Shown: positions 9,125 to 20,301, counted from the stretch's first letter. The stretch is 64,000 bases of DNA from an uncultured Prevotella sp. (GCA_900540885.1 UQHJ01000001.1:9734-73733), one strand, 5' to 3'. The notes: generated by a model from the sequence alone, not told the origin. A program made the numbers and translations.

Positions 9125-9214
9125 GCGAAGCCTAACATGGATGCTCATTAACGAAAAAATAACGAAATAATTAATGGCTCCATAACGCATCGTGTGGGTA
9201 AACTCGGTTTAATA

Positions 9215-9290
9215 AACTGGAATTTGTCGGCCAAAACACCCCATTCCTTAATGGGAGGGGGTGTTCTGGCCGACAAATTCTATTTTATCA
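9215..9290. terminator. long hairpin (23-bp stem) after queF; diverged member of the AAACTGCAAT-terminus foldback family
   Basis: gaatttgtcggccaaaacacccc-[loop]-gggggtgttctggccgacaaattc. Preceded by cgtgtgggtaaact, which matches the outer TIR of the 23974-24241 element. Confidence 0.5.
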
Positions 9291-9309
9291 AAATCTGAAA
9301 TAATGCATT

Positions 9310-9506
9310 TTCCTTTTCATTGCGCTCGCCTTGCACTATCTTTAGATAAGATAGGTTGCGGCTCGGCAATGAAAATAAAAAACGCGTTTTTTCTTTTCAT
9401 TGCGCTCGCCTTGCACTATCTTTAGATAAGATAGGCGGCGGCTCGGCAATAAAAATAAAAAACGCGTTTTTTCTTTTCATTGCGCTCGCCTTGCACTATC
9501 TTTGCA
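9310..9506 (+). repeat. 2.5 tandem ~90-bp units of the promoter-bearing repeat family, ending 24 bp before yicC
   Basis: …cattgcgctcgccttgcactatcttt agataagataggYYgcggctcggcaatRaaaataaaaaacgcgttttttcttttcattgcgctcgccttgcactatcttt ×2. Core palindrome aaaaaacgcgtttttt. Confidence 0.7.
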
Positions 9507-9529
9507 AAAAGAATTAAAAAACGTAGAAA

Positions 9530-10408
9530 ATGATACAGTCAATGACGGGCTACGGCAAGGCCGATGTCCACTATAATGGTAAGAAGATACATGTAGAAGT
9601 TAAGTCGCTCAATAGCAAGAGCATGGACTTGAGTACGCGTATTGCACCGCTTTATCGCGAAAAAGAAATGGAACTTCGACAACTCCTATCAAAGTCGTTA
9701 GAGCGTGGTAAGGTAGACTTTACGCTTTGGGTAGAGAAAGATGAGACTTCTGCTGCTGGTACGATTAATGCTGAAGTAGTGGCTAATTATGTTGGCCAAA
9801 TTCGTCAGATTTGCAAAGCACAGTCATTGCCCGAACCTGAAAACGTTTGGGAAGTTGTATTGCGTATGCCTGAAGCTGTACAAGTAAATACGGCCGAGGA
9901 ACTGACTGATGAAGAGTGGCAGGTCGTACTCAGTGCTGTAAATGAAGCTATCGCAGGTCTGGTGGCTTTCCGTAAGCAAGAGGGAGAAGCCCTTTATAAG
10001 AAGTTTACTGAAAAGGTAGACAATATAGAACGTTTGTTGGGCGAGATTGAACCTTATGAAACGGGACGCGTGGATAAGATTCGTCAGCGCTTGCTCGAAC
10101 GCTTGCAAGAACTAAAAGGCGTAGACTATGATAAGAATCGTTTAGAGCAAGAATTGATCTATTACATCGAGAAACTTGACATTAGCGAAGAGAAGCAGCG
10201 CTTGACCAATCACTTACGCTACTTCCGTGAGACGATGCAAGAGAGCGAACGTGGATTGGGCAAGAAACTTGGCTTTATAGCCCAAGAAATGGGACGCGAG
10301 ATTAATACCACGGGTTCGAAGAGTAATCAGGCAGAGATGCAAAACATTGTGGTGAAGATGAAGGATGAGTTGGAGCAGATAAAGGAACAAGTGCTTAACG
10401 TAATGTAA
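9530..10408 (+). CDS. yicC: YicC/YloC-family stress-induced protein (endoribonuclease)
   Basis: N-terminal MIQSMTGYGKA and YicC-like length/composition. Confidence 0.85.
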   Translation: MIQSMTGYGKADVHYNGKKIHVEVKSLNSKSMDLSTRIAPLYREKEMELRQLLSKSLERGKVDFTLWVEKDETSAAGTINAEVVANYVGQIRQICKAQSLPEPENVWEVVLRMPEAVQVNTAEELTDEEWQVVLSAVNEAIAGLVAFRKQEGEALYKKFTEKVDNIERLLGEIEPYETGRVDKIRQRLLERLQELKGVDYDKNRLEQELIYYIEKLDISEEKQRLTNHLRYFRETMQESERGLGKKLGFIAQEMGREINTTGSKSNQAEMQNIVVKMKDELEQIKEQVLNVM

Positions 10409-10419
10409 CGTAACGAATT

Positions 10420-10986
10420 ATGTCGAAGATTATTATATTTTCAGCTCCTTCGGGGAGTGGAAAGAGTACTATTATAAACTATTTGATGCAGCAGGGGTTG
10501 AACTTGCACTTCTCTGTATCGGCCACCAGTCGTCCCCCGCGTGGTGCAGAACAGAATGGCGTGGAGTATTACTTCCTTACGCCAGAAGACTTTAAGCAAC
10601 GTATCGCGCAAGGTGAGTTTTTGGAATACGAAGAGGTATACAAAGACCGCTTTTACGGAACGTTGAAGTCGCAAGTAGACGCGCAACTCGCAAAGGGAGA
10701 AAACGTAGTGTGCGATGTAGACGTGTTAGGCGGGCAGAATATAAAGAAACATTACGGCCAACGAGCCTTGAGCATCTTTATTCAGCCACCTTCAATCGAA
10801 GCCTTGCGCCAACGCTTAGAAGGACGCGGTACGGATTCGCCAGAGGTGATTAACGACCGCATTGCTCGTGCGGAGTTTGAACTCTCGTTTGCCGATAAGT
10901 TTGACCACGCAGTAGTGAATGATGACTTGCAACAGGCACAAGCAGAAGCGTTAGCACTCATTCAAAACTTCTTAAAGGACGAATGA
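10420..10986 (+). CDS. gmk: guanylate kinase
   Basis: P-loop FSAPSGSGKST. TSRPPR(G)E..GVEYYF motif. Confidence 0.9.
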   Translation: MSKIIIFSAPSGSGKSTIINYLMQQGLNLHFSVSATSRPPRGAEQNGVEYYFLTPEDFKQRIAQGEFLEYEEVYKDRFYGTLKSQVDAQLAKGENVVCDVDVLGGQNIKKHYGQRALSIFIQPPSIEALRQRLEGRGTDSPEVINDRIARAEFELSFADKFDHAVVNDDLQQAQAEALALIQNFLKDE

Positions 10987-11570
10987 ATAAAAGGGTAGCT
11001 CTATTTGGTGGCTCGTTCAATCCGATTCATAACGGACATATCGCTTTAGCTGAAGCCGTGCTCGCTGCGCGATTGGCCGATGAGGTGTGGCTGATGGTTT
11101 CACCGCAAAATCCACTGAAGCAACAAGCAGACTTGCTTGCAGAAACCACTCGCTTGCAGTTGGCTCGAAAGGCCTTGGCGGGAAGAGACCAGATAAAGGT
11201 GAGCGACTTTGAATTTCACCTGCCGCGTCCGTCGTATACTTGGAATACGCTGCAAGCACTGCATGAGGCATACCCCGATGTGACGTTTAGCTTATTAATA
11301 GGAGGCGATAATTGGCGATGCTTTCATAAGTGGGCACACTATGCAGAGATTTTAGCCCACTATTCTATTATAGTCTATCCGCGTGCAGAGAGTGAAGTAG
11401 ATGAGCAACAGTTGCCAGCTAACGTGACGTTGCTGCATGTGCCGCTTTTCCCTTTTAGTTCGACCGACGTTCGCAATAAAGTTAGATGTGGTGAGAGCAT
11501 TAAATCATACGTGCCAAAGATTGTGTGTGATGATATAAATAAGGCTTATACGTGCAACGAAAGCGTGTGA
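10983..11570 (+). CDS. nadD: nicotinate-nucleotide adenylyltransferase
   Basis: GGSFNPIHNGH nucleotidyltransferase motif. Overlaps the gmk stop. Confidence 0.9.
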   Translation: MNKRVALFGGSFNPIHNGHIALAEAVLAARLADEVWLMVSPQNPLKQQADLLAETTRLQLARKALAGRDQIKVSDFEFHLPRPSYTWNTLQALHEAYPDVTFSLLIGGDNWRCFHKWAHYAEILAHYSIIVYPRAESEVDEQQLPANVTLLHVPLFPFSSTDVRNKVRCGESIKSYVPKIVCDDINKAYTCNESV

Positions 11571-11605
11571 GTTTTACGCTTCAAAATGAAATAAATTGCG
11601 CAAAA

Positions 11606-11645
11606 CTTTTGTATTTCAATAAATTGTAGTACTTTTGCACCGCAA
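11606..11645 (+). promoter_or_regulatory. candidate Bacteroidetes sigma-A promoter for rpsF-rpsR-rplI
   Basis: -33 TTTG (11608-11611), 18-nt spacer, -7 TACTTTTG (11630-11637). About 45 bp upstream of the rpsF ATG. Confidence 0.45.
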
Positions 11646-11683
11646 TTTTGCAAAGAAAACCCTATTAATTCATTAAAATCATT

Positions 11684-12028
11684 ATGATGAATCAGTACGA
11701 GACCGTTTTCATTATGACTCCCGTTTTGTCTGACCAACAGATGAAGGAAACGGTCGAAAAGTTCAAAGGTATTCTCACCGACGCTGGCGCTGAGATTATC
11801 AATGAAGAGGAGTGGGGCCTCAAGACGATGGCTTATCCCATTCAGAAAAAGTCCACTGGCTTCTACGAATTCATCGAGTTCAACGCTGCTCCTGAAGTAG
11901 TAGCTAAGCTCGAAGTTGCTTATCGTCGCGATGAGCGCGTAATTCGCTACCTTACAGTGAAGAACGAAAAGTACGCAGCTGAATATGCAGCAAAGCGTCG
12001 TAACAAGTTTAACAAGAAGGAGGACTAA
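11684..12028 (+). CDS. rpsF: 30S ribosomal protein S6
   Basis: [17 protein letters not shown]… typical S6. Confidence 0.9.
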   Translation: MMNQYETVFIMTPVLSDQQMKETVEKFKGILTDAGAEIINEEEWGLKTMAYPIQKKSTGFYEFIEFNAAPEVVAKLEVAYRRDERVIRYLTVKNEKYAAEYAAKRRNKFNKKED

Positions 12029-12032
12029 TAAA

Positions 12033-12302
12033 ATGGCACAAGCACAATCTGAAATTCGTTATTTGACTCCCCCCACAGTGGACGTCAAGAAGAAAAAGTA
12101 TTGCCGTTTCAAGAAGAGCGGTATTAAGTATATTGACTACAAGGATCCTGAATTCTTGAAGAAGTTCTTGAACGAACAAGGTAAGATCCTTCCTCGTCGC
12201 ATCACCGGTACTTCATTGAAGTATCAGCGTCGTGTAGCTCAAGCCGTTAAGCGTGCTCGCCACTTGGCTCTTCTTCCTTTCGTAACCGATTTGATGAAAT
12301 AA
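12033..12302 (+). CDS. rpsR: 30S ribosomal protein S18
   Basis: [14 protein letters not shown]…[15 protein letters not shown]…. The ORF-track start at 11985 is an upstream in-frame extension. Confidence 0.9.
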   Translation: MAQAQSEIRYLTPPTVDVKKKKYCRFKKSGIKYIDYKDPEFLKKFLNEQGKILPRRITGTSLKYQRRVAQAVKRARHLALLPFVTDLMK

Positions 12303-12323
12303 TAACAGAGGAGGTAATAAGAT

Positions 12324-12773
12324 ATGGAAATCATTTTGAAAGAAAACGTTATTGGTCTGGGTTATAAGGACGATATCGTAACTGTAAAGGACGGCTACGG
12401 CCGCAACTACCTTATTCCTACTGGCAAGGCTGTTATTGCATCAGAATCTGCTAAGAAGGTACTCGCTGAAAACATGAAGCAACGTGCTCACAAGTTGGCT
12501 AAGATTAAGGCTGACGCTGAAGCACTTGGCCAGAAGCTTTCTGCTATCGAACCTATTAAGATCGCTACTAAGGTTAGCTCAACTGGTGCTATCTATGGTT
12601 CTGTTAACGCTCTTCACATCGCTGAAGCTCTCTCTAAGCTTGGCTTCGATGTAGATCGTAAGATCATCACTGTAAAGGACGTTAAGGAAGTTGGCACTTA
12701 TACTGCTACTGTTCACCTCCACAAGGAAGTTTCAGTTGAAATTCCTTTCGAGGTTGTAGCTGAAGAAGCTTAA
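12324..12773 (+). CDS. rplI: 50S ribosomal protein L9
   Basis: MEIILKENVIGLGYKDDIVTVKDGYGRNYLIP…. Confidence 0.9.
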   Translation: MEIILKENVIGLGYKDDIVTVKDGYGRNYLIPTGKAVIASESAKKVLAENMKQRAHKLAKIKADAEALGQKLSAIEPIKIATKVSSTGAIYGSVNALHIAEALSKLGFDVDRKIITVKDVKEVGTYTATVHLHKEVSVEIPFEVVAEEA

Positions 12774-12807
12774 TCTATTCTTCACTTTAGGTGAATTAAT
12801 CAACCCT

Positions 12808-12867
12808 ATAACAAGTAACACTTTTTGCTTACATATATAAGTAAAGGTGTTACTTGTTATTTTTTTG
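12808..12867 (+). terminator. rho-independent terminator after rplI
   Basis: 14-bp stem ataacaagtaacac / gtgttacttgttat followed by T7. Confidence 0.7.
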
Positions 12868-12881
12868 TATTGTAAGAGCTT

Positions 12882-13637
12882 ATGCGTTATTTTATATATC
12901 TTTCGTATGACGGCACGGCCTATCATGGTTGGCAGGTGCAACCCAATGCGGTGAGCGTTCAGCAAAAGTTGAATGAAAGTTTGGCAAAACTGCTTCGGGG
13001 ACGAAACTCTGATGTGACCGGAGCAGGACGTACTGATGCGGGCGTGCATGCGCATATGATGGTGGCACATTTTGATATTGACGAATTGATAGACGGAACT
13101 TGGCTGACTGATAAACTTAATCGTATACTTCCTCCTGACATAGCAGTAAGTCGGGTGGTAAGGGTAAAGGACGAAGCTCATGCACGCTTTGATGCTCAAT
13201 CGCGCACGTATCATTATTGGATATATACGCGTAAGGATCCCTTTAATCGTCAGTATGCTACGCGTATCACGTTCCCACTCGATTTTGAAAAAATGAATGA
13301 GGCGGCTCATTATCTCACCACCGTGAGCGACTTTACCAGTTTCTCGAAGTTGCATACCGATGTGAAAACGAACATTTGCAGCGTAAAGCATGCTGAATGG
13401 ACCAGAGTGGGAGATGATTTGTGGCAGTTTGAGATTACGGCCGATCGCTTCTTGCGCAATATGGTGCGAGCCGTTGTGGGCACTTTGATAGAAGTAGGAA
13501 GAGGACGCTTGTCGTTGGCCGACTTTAAGCGTGTTGTTGAACTGAAAGATCGTTGTGCGGCAGGTGACTCTATGCCCGGTAATGCGCTGTCGTTGGTTGA
13601 TATTCAGTACAGTAATGACTTATTCGAAGTAGAGTAG
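12882..13637 (+). CDS. truA: tRNA pseudouridine(38-40) synthase TruA
   Basis: [14 protein letters not shown]…[11 protein letters not shown] catalytic Asp motif. Confidence 0.9.
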   Translation: MRYFIYLSYDGTAYHGWQVQPNAVSVQQKLNESLAKLLRGRNSDVTGAGRTDAGVHAHMMVAHFDIDELIDGTWLTDKLNRILPPDIAVSRVVRVKDEAHARFDAQSRTYHYWIYTRKDPFNRQYATRITFPLDFEKMNEAAHYLTTVSDFTSFSKLHTDVKTNICSVKHAEWTRVGDDLWQFEITADRFLRNMVRAVVGTLIEVGRGRLSLADFKRVVELKDRCAAGDSMPGNALSLVDIQYSNDLFEVE

Positions 13638-13640
13638 CGT

Positions 13641-14543
13641 ATGTGGGTAATCTTAGCTTTCCTTTCAGCTTGTCTATTGGGCTTTTATGATGTCTTTAAG
13701 AAGAAGTCGTTAGCCGATAATGCGGTGCTACCAGTCTTGATGATAAATACAGTGGTATGTGCGCTCTTCTTTCTTCCCTTAATTGTTGCTTCCGTTTGTG
13801 GTTGGAGTGGGGTAGTACCTGTAGGAGGGTGGCATGAACATTCTTTGGTATTAATCAAAGCTATTATCGTTCTTTCATCATGGGTGTGTGGCTACTATGC
13901 GATGAAGCATTTGCCTTTAACAATAGTTGGCCCGATTAATGCTACGCGTCCTGTAATGACATTGGTCGGTGCACTGCTTATTTATGGAGAACAACTAAAT
14001 CCGTGGCAGTGGGCAGGTGTACTTTTAGCGATATTTTCTTTCTTCTTACTAAGTCGTAGTGGAAAGAAAGAGGGTATACGATTTGCGCACAATCGTTGGA
14101 TTATACTTTTGGTCGTGGCTGCAGTGTTAGGTGCTGCGAGCGGACTCTATGATAAGTTCTTAATGGCGCCGCTTTCAGAGGGTGGCGCAGGGCTTAATCG
14201 CTACTTCGTACAAGGCTGGTATAATCTTTACCAAGCCATTATGATGACTATTGTTATGCTATTCATTTGGTTGCCTCGTCGCAAGGAGGGTACACCATTC
14301 CGGTGGCGTTGGAGTATATTGTTCATCTCCATTTTCTTAACTGCAGCAGACATGGCCTACTTCTATGCTTTGTCATGTCCGGGTGCAATGATTGCCGTCG
14401 TATCAATGGTACGCCGCGGTAGTGTTATCGTTTCATTTCTCTTTGGTGCAATGGTGTTTCATGAAAAGAACCTACGTTCTAAAGCTATTGACTTGTTATT
14501 CGTATTATTAGGTATGCTCTGCTTGTTTATTGGTAGTAAGTAG
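13641..14543 (+). CDS. EamA/DMT-family transporter
   Basis: 300-aa protein with ~10 TM helices, two EamA-like halves. Confidence 0.7.
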   Translation: MWVILAFLSACLLGFYDVFKKKSLADNAVLPVLMINTVVCALFFLPLIVASVCGWSGVVPVGGWHEHSLVLIKAIIVLSSWVCGYYAMKHLPLTIVGPINATRPVMTLVGALLIYGEQLNPWQWAGVLLAIFSFFLLSRSGKKEGIRFAHNRWIILLVVAAVLGAASGLYDKFLMAPLSEGGAGLNRYFVQGWYNLYQAIMMTIVMLFIWLPRRKEGTPFRWRWSILFISIFLTAADMAYFYALSCPGAMIAVVSMVRRGSVIVSFLFGAMVFHEKNLRSKAIDLLFVLLGMLCLFIGSK

Positions 14544-14728
14544 GTATGGCGGAATCCTTAAGACTTATGAGGCGACAAGATGCTGCATAACATTATTAAA
14601 ACAACCTGTTAAATCAATTGATTATCAACTGTATACACAGAGAATATCACCCCACTATGGCTCTTTATAGCATAGGATGGGAAACTTTAGATATAAAGTA
14701 ATACCAAACATTATATTCGAAGACAATA

Positions 14729-14763
14729 ATGGGGTATTCTAATTTATTCTTAGAATACCCCAT
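14729..14763. terminator. bidirectional hairpin between convergent genes
   Basis: atggggtattcta…tagaataccccat 13-bp stem. Confidence 0.5.
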
Positions 14764-14809
14764 ATATAATGTGTTAATGTATTATCGTATAATACCCAAA
14801 AACATTTTG

Positions 14810-15277
14810 TTATACGCCTTTTCCATTTCTTAATTGAGTTAATAGTATTGTTGAAGTTTTATAAGCTCCACCAAAAGTTAGTTCGTAATTTATGCTATTA
14901 CTCGTCTTGTTTTCTTTAAGCGTTATTCGCAGAGAATGGGGAGTTGTCGATAGTATTTCGATCTTACCCCAATTCTCTTCACAAATTGTATAAGGTGTAG
15001 GACGTTTCAAGTCATTATCAGTAACGCTATAATAGTAATTCCCTACCTTTATTTGTGACAAGAATCCATTCTTTGCATTTTTCCCAATAGATGTAATGGT
15101 TACAATACCTCCTGCAGAACCAATTTCTGCATAATAAGATGTACCACTTGGCTTTGATAGAGTAATGCCAGTAGTTTTAAACTTAATGTTTTCAAACTTC
15201 TCTTCTTCATTGCTACAAGCTACAAAACTTAAGCAACATAGAATGGTTGTTACCACGAGATATGCACAGTACTTCAT
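14810..15277 (-). CDS. hypothetical lipoprotein
   Basis: Signal plus lipobox (SFVACSNE). 155 aa. Confidence 0.55.
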   Translation of the reverse strand: MKYCAYLVVTTILCCLSFVACSNEEEKFENIKFKTTGITLSKPSGTSYYAEIGSAGGIVTITSIGKNAKNGFLSQIKVGNYYYSVTDNDLKRPTPYTICEENWGKIEILSTTPHSLRITLKENKTSNSINYELTFGGAYKTSTILLTQLRNGKGV

Positions 15278-15411
15278 TTTGTAATTATTGAGTATTCAAG
15301 ATTATATTTAAAATTAGGTGAAGATCCTATTTGTGAAACAGAGCGTGTTTGTGCTCTATTTCGAATAGAAAGCACTTCTGCCATTTTTATAGATTTTGCT
15401 GCACATCAGTA

Positions 15412-15837
15412 TTACTGCATGCGCCATTGTTTTCCGTCGAATATCATGGGGAGCATGACTTCTTCTTTGCTACCGTCCTTATAATTTACGTTGAGAAAGA
15501 CGTTGGCCATGCGGCCATTGTTGTGCAATTCGGTGCGTAGCACTTGTACGTTACTAACACCTTGCTTCTCGTCATTTATTTGCTTTTGATGTTGGCGCAA
15601 CATTACGATAATGCGCTCCTTATAGGCATCTGTTGTCCCGTCACATGAGTGCATGGCTTTGACGTAGTCGTCAAACAGTCCGTTGGCTTGCATCTTGTAG
15701 CAAGCGATAGCCATTGTGTCAGCTTCTTCGCTGGTAGGAAGTTGGGCGGCATTGTTCGTGCGATTGCTGCAACTTGTTGTAAAGCAGAGGGCTATGAAGA
15801 GTGATAGGAAGGGTGCAAATAAATGATTGTTTTGCAT
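15412..15837 (-). CDS. hypothetical lipoprotein
   Basis: Signal plus lipobox (CFTTSCSN). 141 aa. Immediately downstream of der. Confidence 0.55.
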   Translation of the reverse strand: MQNNHLFAPFLSLFIALCFTTSCSNRTNNAAQLPTSEEADTMAIACYKMQANGLFDDYVKAMHSCDGTTDAYKERIIVMLRQHQKQINDEKQGVSNVQVLRTELHNNGRMANVFLNVNYKDGSKEEVMLPMIFDGKQWRMQ

Positions 15838-15841
15838 GTGA

Positions 15842-17158
15842 TTACTTCTGTCTGATAAAGATGTTAATTGGTGTACCAGTAAAGTTCCAACGCTCGCGAA
15901 TCTTGTTCTCCAAGAATCGGCGGTAGGGCTCCTTTACGTATTGTGGTAGGTTGGCATAGAACACGAATGAGGGAACTTGCGTGTTGGGCAACTGTGCACA
16001 ATATTTGATTTTGATGTACTTACCCTTGATTGAGGGTGGTGGATATGCTTCAATGAGTGGCAACATCTCTTCGTTGAGTTTAGAGGTAGAGATGCGACGC
16101 TTGCGAGCTACGTACACTTCTTTGGCCGTTTCGAGCACCTTGAATATGCGTTGCTTGGTAAGTGCAGAAGCAAAGATAATGGGGAAGTCTACGAATGGCG
16201 CCATGCGGTTGCGAATGGCTTCCTCGAAGTGGCGGATGGCCGTGTTTGACTTGTCTTCAACTAAGTCCCACTTATTCACGACAACAACGATGCTCTTGCA
16301 GTTCTTCTGAATGATTTGAACGATGTTGAGGTCTTGACTCTCAATACCGCGTGTGGCATCAATCATCAAGATACAAACGTCAGAGTTTTCGATAGAGCGA
16401 ATGGCACGCATAACAGAGTAGAACTCTAAGTCTTCTGTTACCTTATTCTTACGGCGAATACCTGCGGTATCAACCAAATAGAAGTCAAAGCCAAATTTGG
16501 TGTAACGCGTAAGAATGCTATCGCGTGTGGTACCAGCAATATTGGTCACAATGTTGCGGTCTTCACCAAGGAAAGCATTGATGATGCTGCTCTTACCTGC
16601 ATTAGGACGGCCTACTACGCTGAAGCGTGGAATGTCGTCTTCAGCTTCATTGCCGTTATCGTCCTTACCCAACTTCTCGATGATGAGGTCGAGGAGGTCG
16701 CCCGTTCCGCTACCTGTGATAGCAGAAATGCAGAAGGGATCGCCAAGGCCTAATTTGTAAAATTCGGCAGCGGTATAACGATCTTCGTTGTTGTCGGTTT
16801 TGTTGGCGCACAAGATAACGGGCATATTGGTGCGACGCAGAATTGATGCTACTTCAGCGTCTAAGTCGGTGATTCCGTTCTTTATGTCAACGACGAATAG
16901 GATAACGTCGGCTTCTTCGGTGGCAAGGGTTACTTGCTTACGGATTTCACCTTCGAATACGTCGTCAGAGTTTACTACCCAACCGCCTGTATCAACGATT
17001 GAAAATTCTTGTTTACCCCATTCGCATTTGCCATATTGACGGTCGCGTGTGGTGCCGGCTTCATCGCTGACAATGGCCTGGCGTGTTCCCGTAAGGCGGT
17101 TGAACAGGGTTGATTTGCCGACATTGGGTCGGCCAACTATGGCTACTAATTTTGACAC
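15842..17158 (-). CDS. der: ribosome-biogenesis GTPase Der (EngA)
   Basis: Two tandem GTPase domains (GRPNVGKST / GRPNAGKSS) plus a KH-like C-terminus. Confidence 0.9.
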   Translation of the reverse strand: MSKLVAIVGRPNVGKSTLFNRLTGTRQAIVSDEAGTTRDRQYGKCEWGKQEFSIVDTGGWVVNSDDVFEGEIRKQVTLATEEADVILFVVDIKNGITDLDAEVASILRRTNMPVILCANKTDNNEDRYTAAEFYKLGLGDPFCISAITGSGTGDLLDLIIEKLGKDDNGNEAEDDIPRFSVVGRPNAGKSSIINAFLGEDRNIVTNIAGTTRDSILTRYTKFGFDFYLVDTAGIRRKNKVTEDLEFYSVMRAIRSIENSDVCILMIDATRGIESQDLNIVQIIQKNCKSIVVVVNKWDLVEDKSNTAIRHFEEAIRNRMAPFVDFPIIFASALTKQRIFKVLETAKEVYVARKRRISTSKLNEEMLPLIEAYPPPSIKGKYIKIKYCAQLPNTQVPSFVFYANLPQYVKEPYRRFLENKIRERWNFTGTPINIFIRQK

Positions 17159-17245
17159 TTTGTAATTCGGTATTATGTGTTATGAAATGGGTTCTTATTG
17201 GTAGGTTAGAACTACACGTCTTATTGTCAGTTATGCGGTGAAGCT

Positions 17246-18127
17246 TTAATCTAACTTATAGCCGTAAGCTTCAAGGCGTTTGGTGTTGCTGCGCCAGTCT
17301 TTGTCGACTTTGACAAAAATTTCAAGGTAGATACTTTTGCCAAAGAACTTTTCAAGTGTCTTGCGAGCTTCAGATGAAACCTTTTTAAGTGCAATACCAC
17401 GGTGACCAATAATGATGCCCTTTTGGCTATCGCGCTCAACGTAGATGACTGCGTTGATGTGAATGTGTTTGTCGTCTTCTTTAAACTGTTCAACGACCAC
17501 TTCTACGGCGTAGGGTATCTCTTTGTCGTAGTAGAGAAGTATCTTTTCGCGGATAATCTCTGTCACAAAGAAGCGTGCAGGCTTATCGGTCCATTGGTCT
17601 TTGTCGAAGTAGGGGGGAGAGTCGGGGAGTAACTCCTTGATGCGGCTCAGCACGTTGTCAACGTTAAACTTTACCTTTGCAGAGATAGGGAAAATCTCCG
17701 CTTTGGGAAGGCTCTCGTGCCACAACTGCACTAATTTCTCTAAGTCCTTTTGGTTAGAAATGTCGATTTTGTTGATCAACACCAAAACGGGAACATTCAT
17801 CTTTTTTACCTTTTCAAGAAAGTCGCTATTCTTGTCTGGTGTCTCAACGACGTCGGTGACATAGAGTAGTACATCAGCGTCTTGAAGGGCTGATACTGAA
17901 AAGGCTAACATCTCTTCTTGTAACTTATAGTTTGGCTTGAGCACTCCTGGGGTGTCAGAGAACACGATTTGAGCATCGTCAGAGTTGATAATGCCCATAA
18001 TGCGGTGACGAGTAGTCTGTGCCTTAAAGGTGGCAATAGAAATGCGTTCGCCCATAAGTAGGTTCATGAGGGTTGATTTACCAACGTTGGGATTGCCTAC
18101 TATGTTTACAAAGCCTGCTTTATGCAT
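17246..18127 (-). CDS. era: GTPase Era
   Basis: [17 protein letters not shown]1, DTPG, NKID. C-terminal KH domain. Start chosen at MHKAGF…; the ORF-track start at 18184 is an upstream extension. Confidence 0.85.
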   Translation of the reverse strand: MHKAGFVNIVGNPNVGKSTLMNLLMGERISIATFKAQTTRHRIMGIINSDDAQIVFSDTPGVLKPNYKLQEEMLAFSVSALQDADVLLYVTDVVETPDKNSDFLEKVKKMNVPVLVLINKIDISNQKDLEKLVQLWHESLPKAEIFPISAKVKFNVDNVLSRIKELLPDSPPYFDKDQWTDKPARFFVTEIIREKILLYYDKEIPYAVEVVVEQFKEDDKHIHINAVIYVERDSQKGIIIGHRGIALKKVSSEARKTLEKFFGKSIYLEIFVKVDKDWRSNTKRLEAYGYKLD

Positions 18128-18268
18128 ATATGATGTATGATAGTTTGTTACAAGAGCAACTTTGCGTAGTGGAGTATTGCTCAAGAAAAGATTTTAAAGG
18201 TTTATAACCTAAGGCATGCCTCGGTTATAAACCTTCAAAAGTTGATGATGAATGTGTTCTTTCTTATT

Positions 18269-19273
18269 TTATTTCTTAGGATCGTATGCCCACTTTAAGT
18301 AGGCTGCGCCCCAAGTAAAGCCTGCACCGAAGGCACAAAGTATAAGGTTGTCGCCCTTCTTAAGTTGCTTCTCGTAGTCCCACAATGCTAAGGGGAGTGT
18401 GCCTGCTGAGGTGTTGCCATAGCGCTGAATGTTGAGCATTACTTTATCCATAGGCAACTCTAAGCGATGAGCCACGGCTTCGATAATGCGTACGTTGGCT
18501 TGATGAGGTACAACCCAAGCAATGTTGTCGTGTGTAAGGTTGTTACGCTCGGCTATTTGTGCGCAAGCGTCACTCATATTGGTTACGGCAAACTTAAACA
18601 CGGTGCGTCCCTCTTGGTGGAGGTAGTGCATGCGGTGGTCGATGGTGAAGTAAGAAGGACTGCAAACGCTACCGCCAGCTTTCATGCAGAGGAAGGGAAG
18701 TCCCTTACCGTCAGTGCGCAAGTAGCTGTCTTGCCAGCCTAATCCTTCTTCTGTAGAAGGTTCAACCAAAACGGCTGCTGCACCGTCACCAAAAATGGGG
18801 CATGTAGCACGGTCGGTGTAGTCAACAATTGACGACATTTTATCAGCACCGCATACAACAATCTTCTTGTAACGTCCGCTTTGAATCATTCCAGACGCTG
18901 CGTCCATGGCGAAAAGGAAGCCACAGCATGCAGCTTGCATGTCGATGGCAAAGGCATTCTTCATACCTAAACGGCCAATAACAATGCTTGAGGTTGAGGG
19001 AAAATGGTAGTCGGGGGTAGTAGTGGCAACGATTACGCAGTCTACTTCTTGAGGGTCGGTGCCTGTCTTTTCAAGCAATTGCTTTACGGCTTTTCTTGCC
19101 ATGTAGCTTGTGCCGAGTCCTTCTTCATTTAAGATGCGGCGTTCTTTAATGCCGATACGTGTCATGATCCACTCATCGTTCGTGTCGACCATGCGTGATA
19201 GCTCGTCGTTATTAAGTACGTATTCAGGAACGTATCCACCTACGCCCGTAATGACTGCATTTATCTTTTCCAT
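18269..19273 (-). CDS. fabH: 3-oxoacyl-ACP synthase III (FabH)
   Basis: [16 protein letters not shown]…. Active-site Cys in AACCGF. C-terminal GAGFTWGA. Confidence 0.9.
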   Translation of the reverse strand: MEKINAVITGVGGYVPEYVLNNDELSRMVDTNDEWIMTRIGIKERRILNEEGLGTSYMARKAVKQLLEKTGTDPQEVDCVIVATTTPDYHFPSTSSIVIGRLGMKNAFAIDMQAACCGFLFAMDAASGMIQSGRYKKIVVCGADKMSSIVDYTDRATCPIFGDGAAAVLVEPSTEEGLGWQDSYLRTDGKGLPFLCMKAGGSVCSPSYFTIDHRMHYLHQEGRTVFKFAVTNMSDACAQIAERNNLTHDNIAWVVPHQANVRIIEAVAHRLELPMDKVMLNIQRYGNTSAGTLPLALWDYEKQLKKGDNLILCAFGAGFTWGAAYLKWAYDPKK

Positions 19274-19574
19274 AGGAATGTGTATTAACAGAAAGGCCTT
19301 TTCTTCTTTTTTATGCAACGATAATGGTACTATAATTTTTTGAAAAGTGATGACACAATAGTCCGCTTATTAGTTGTTTGCCTACGTTTAGTGGCTTTTT
19401 CAAGAAAGACCCTTGTTTTTATGATAAAAGAAATAGCTTAAGAGTTGTATAGCGTTACGCTTATCAAGCGCCTGAATAATAAGGCAGGCGGTCGAGTAAA
19501 CGCAAAGTGCTTTAATTTACAACTCTTAAGCTACAGAATTTTTGTCAAAGCTTACGAGAAAGCTTTGGTTGTGC

Positions 19575-19760
19575 TTACTCAGCCACTTCTTTTACGATGG
19601 CGAGTTTACCACGATAGTAGCCACAAGTGGGGCATACTGTGTGGTAGATGTGCCAACCACCACAATTAGGGCATACTGCTAATGTAGGAGCAACTGCCTT
19701 GTCGTGAGTTCTACGCTTAAGAGTTCTCGTCTTTGATTGTCTTCTTTTAGGATGTGCCAT
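19575..19760 (-). CDS. rpmF: 50S ribosomal protein L32
   Basis: MAHPKRRQSKTRTLKRRTH…. CxxC…CxxC zinc ribbon. Confidence 0.9.
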   Translation of the reverse strand: MAHPKRRQSKTRTLKRRTHDKAVAPTLAVCPNCGGWHIYHTVCPTCGYYRGKLAIVKEVAE

Positions 19761-19812
19761 TTTCTTTTTTTATTTTTAGAATGTTTTTACTTGTTTTCTT
19801 TGACCGCAGTGA

Positions 19813-20301
19813 TTATTCGTCTTCTTCGTCATCGAAGCTATTATCTTCATCGTCAGCAGTCATGATGTAGCTAACCATATCTTTGTTGCACTCACCTTCA
19901 GCGTGAACACGTTGCATGGGCAATGCCGTTTCAATTATTTCATAAAGTTGCCATGACAAGTCATAGCACGGATTGTTTGCTTCAAGATAAAGCATCTCAG
20001 GAGCATCGCAATCTTCTTGCTCAGCGTCTTTAATCTTTATATTGTCTGTGGCCTCTACTTCAATAGAAAGAGGGTCAAGACAACGATCGCAAGCTACGAT
20101 TACGTTACCTTTTACTTTAATTTGAACATTGAAAATGTTTCCAGCCGATGCGCGAACAAATATTTCGGCGTGAACATCTCCGCCACTTATTTCTTCTTGC
20201 TCCAGGTCAGCGAAGAAGCGATCAGTTAGCTCAACGTCGAGGCGTTTAGCTGCTTCGGCAGCATGCGCCAAATTGATATTTAGGAGGTTTTCACTTTGCA
20301 T
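19813..20301 (-). CDS. yceD: YceD/DUF177 family protein (23S rRNA accumulation protein)
   Basis: Acidic 162-aa protein with CDRC…C motifs, directly upstream of rpmF (conserved yceD-rpmF arrangement). Confidence 0.75.
   Translation of the reverse strand: MQSENLLNINLAHAAEAAKRLDVELTDRFFADLEQEEISGGDVHAEIFVRASAGNIFNVQIKVKGNVIVACDRCLDPLSIEVEATDNIKIKDAEQEDCDAPEMLYLEANNPCYDLSWQLYEIIETALPMQRVHAEGECNKDMVSYIMTADDEDNSFDDEEDE

Noticed and set aside
9125-9214. Possible small RNA between queF and the downstream hairpin
   Set aside because: Only a partial match (cgtgtgggtaaact) to a repeat terminus. No convincing independent structure.
12732-13391. 219-aa antisense ORF overlapping truA
   Set aside because: truA on the opposite strand has clear catalytic motifs. 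The antisense frame is low-complexity and Cys/His-rich.
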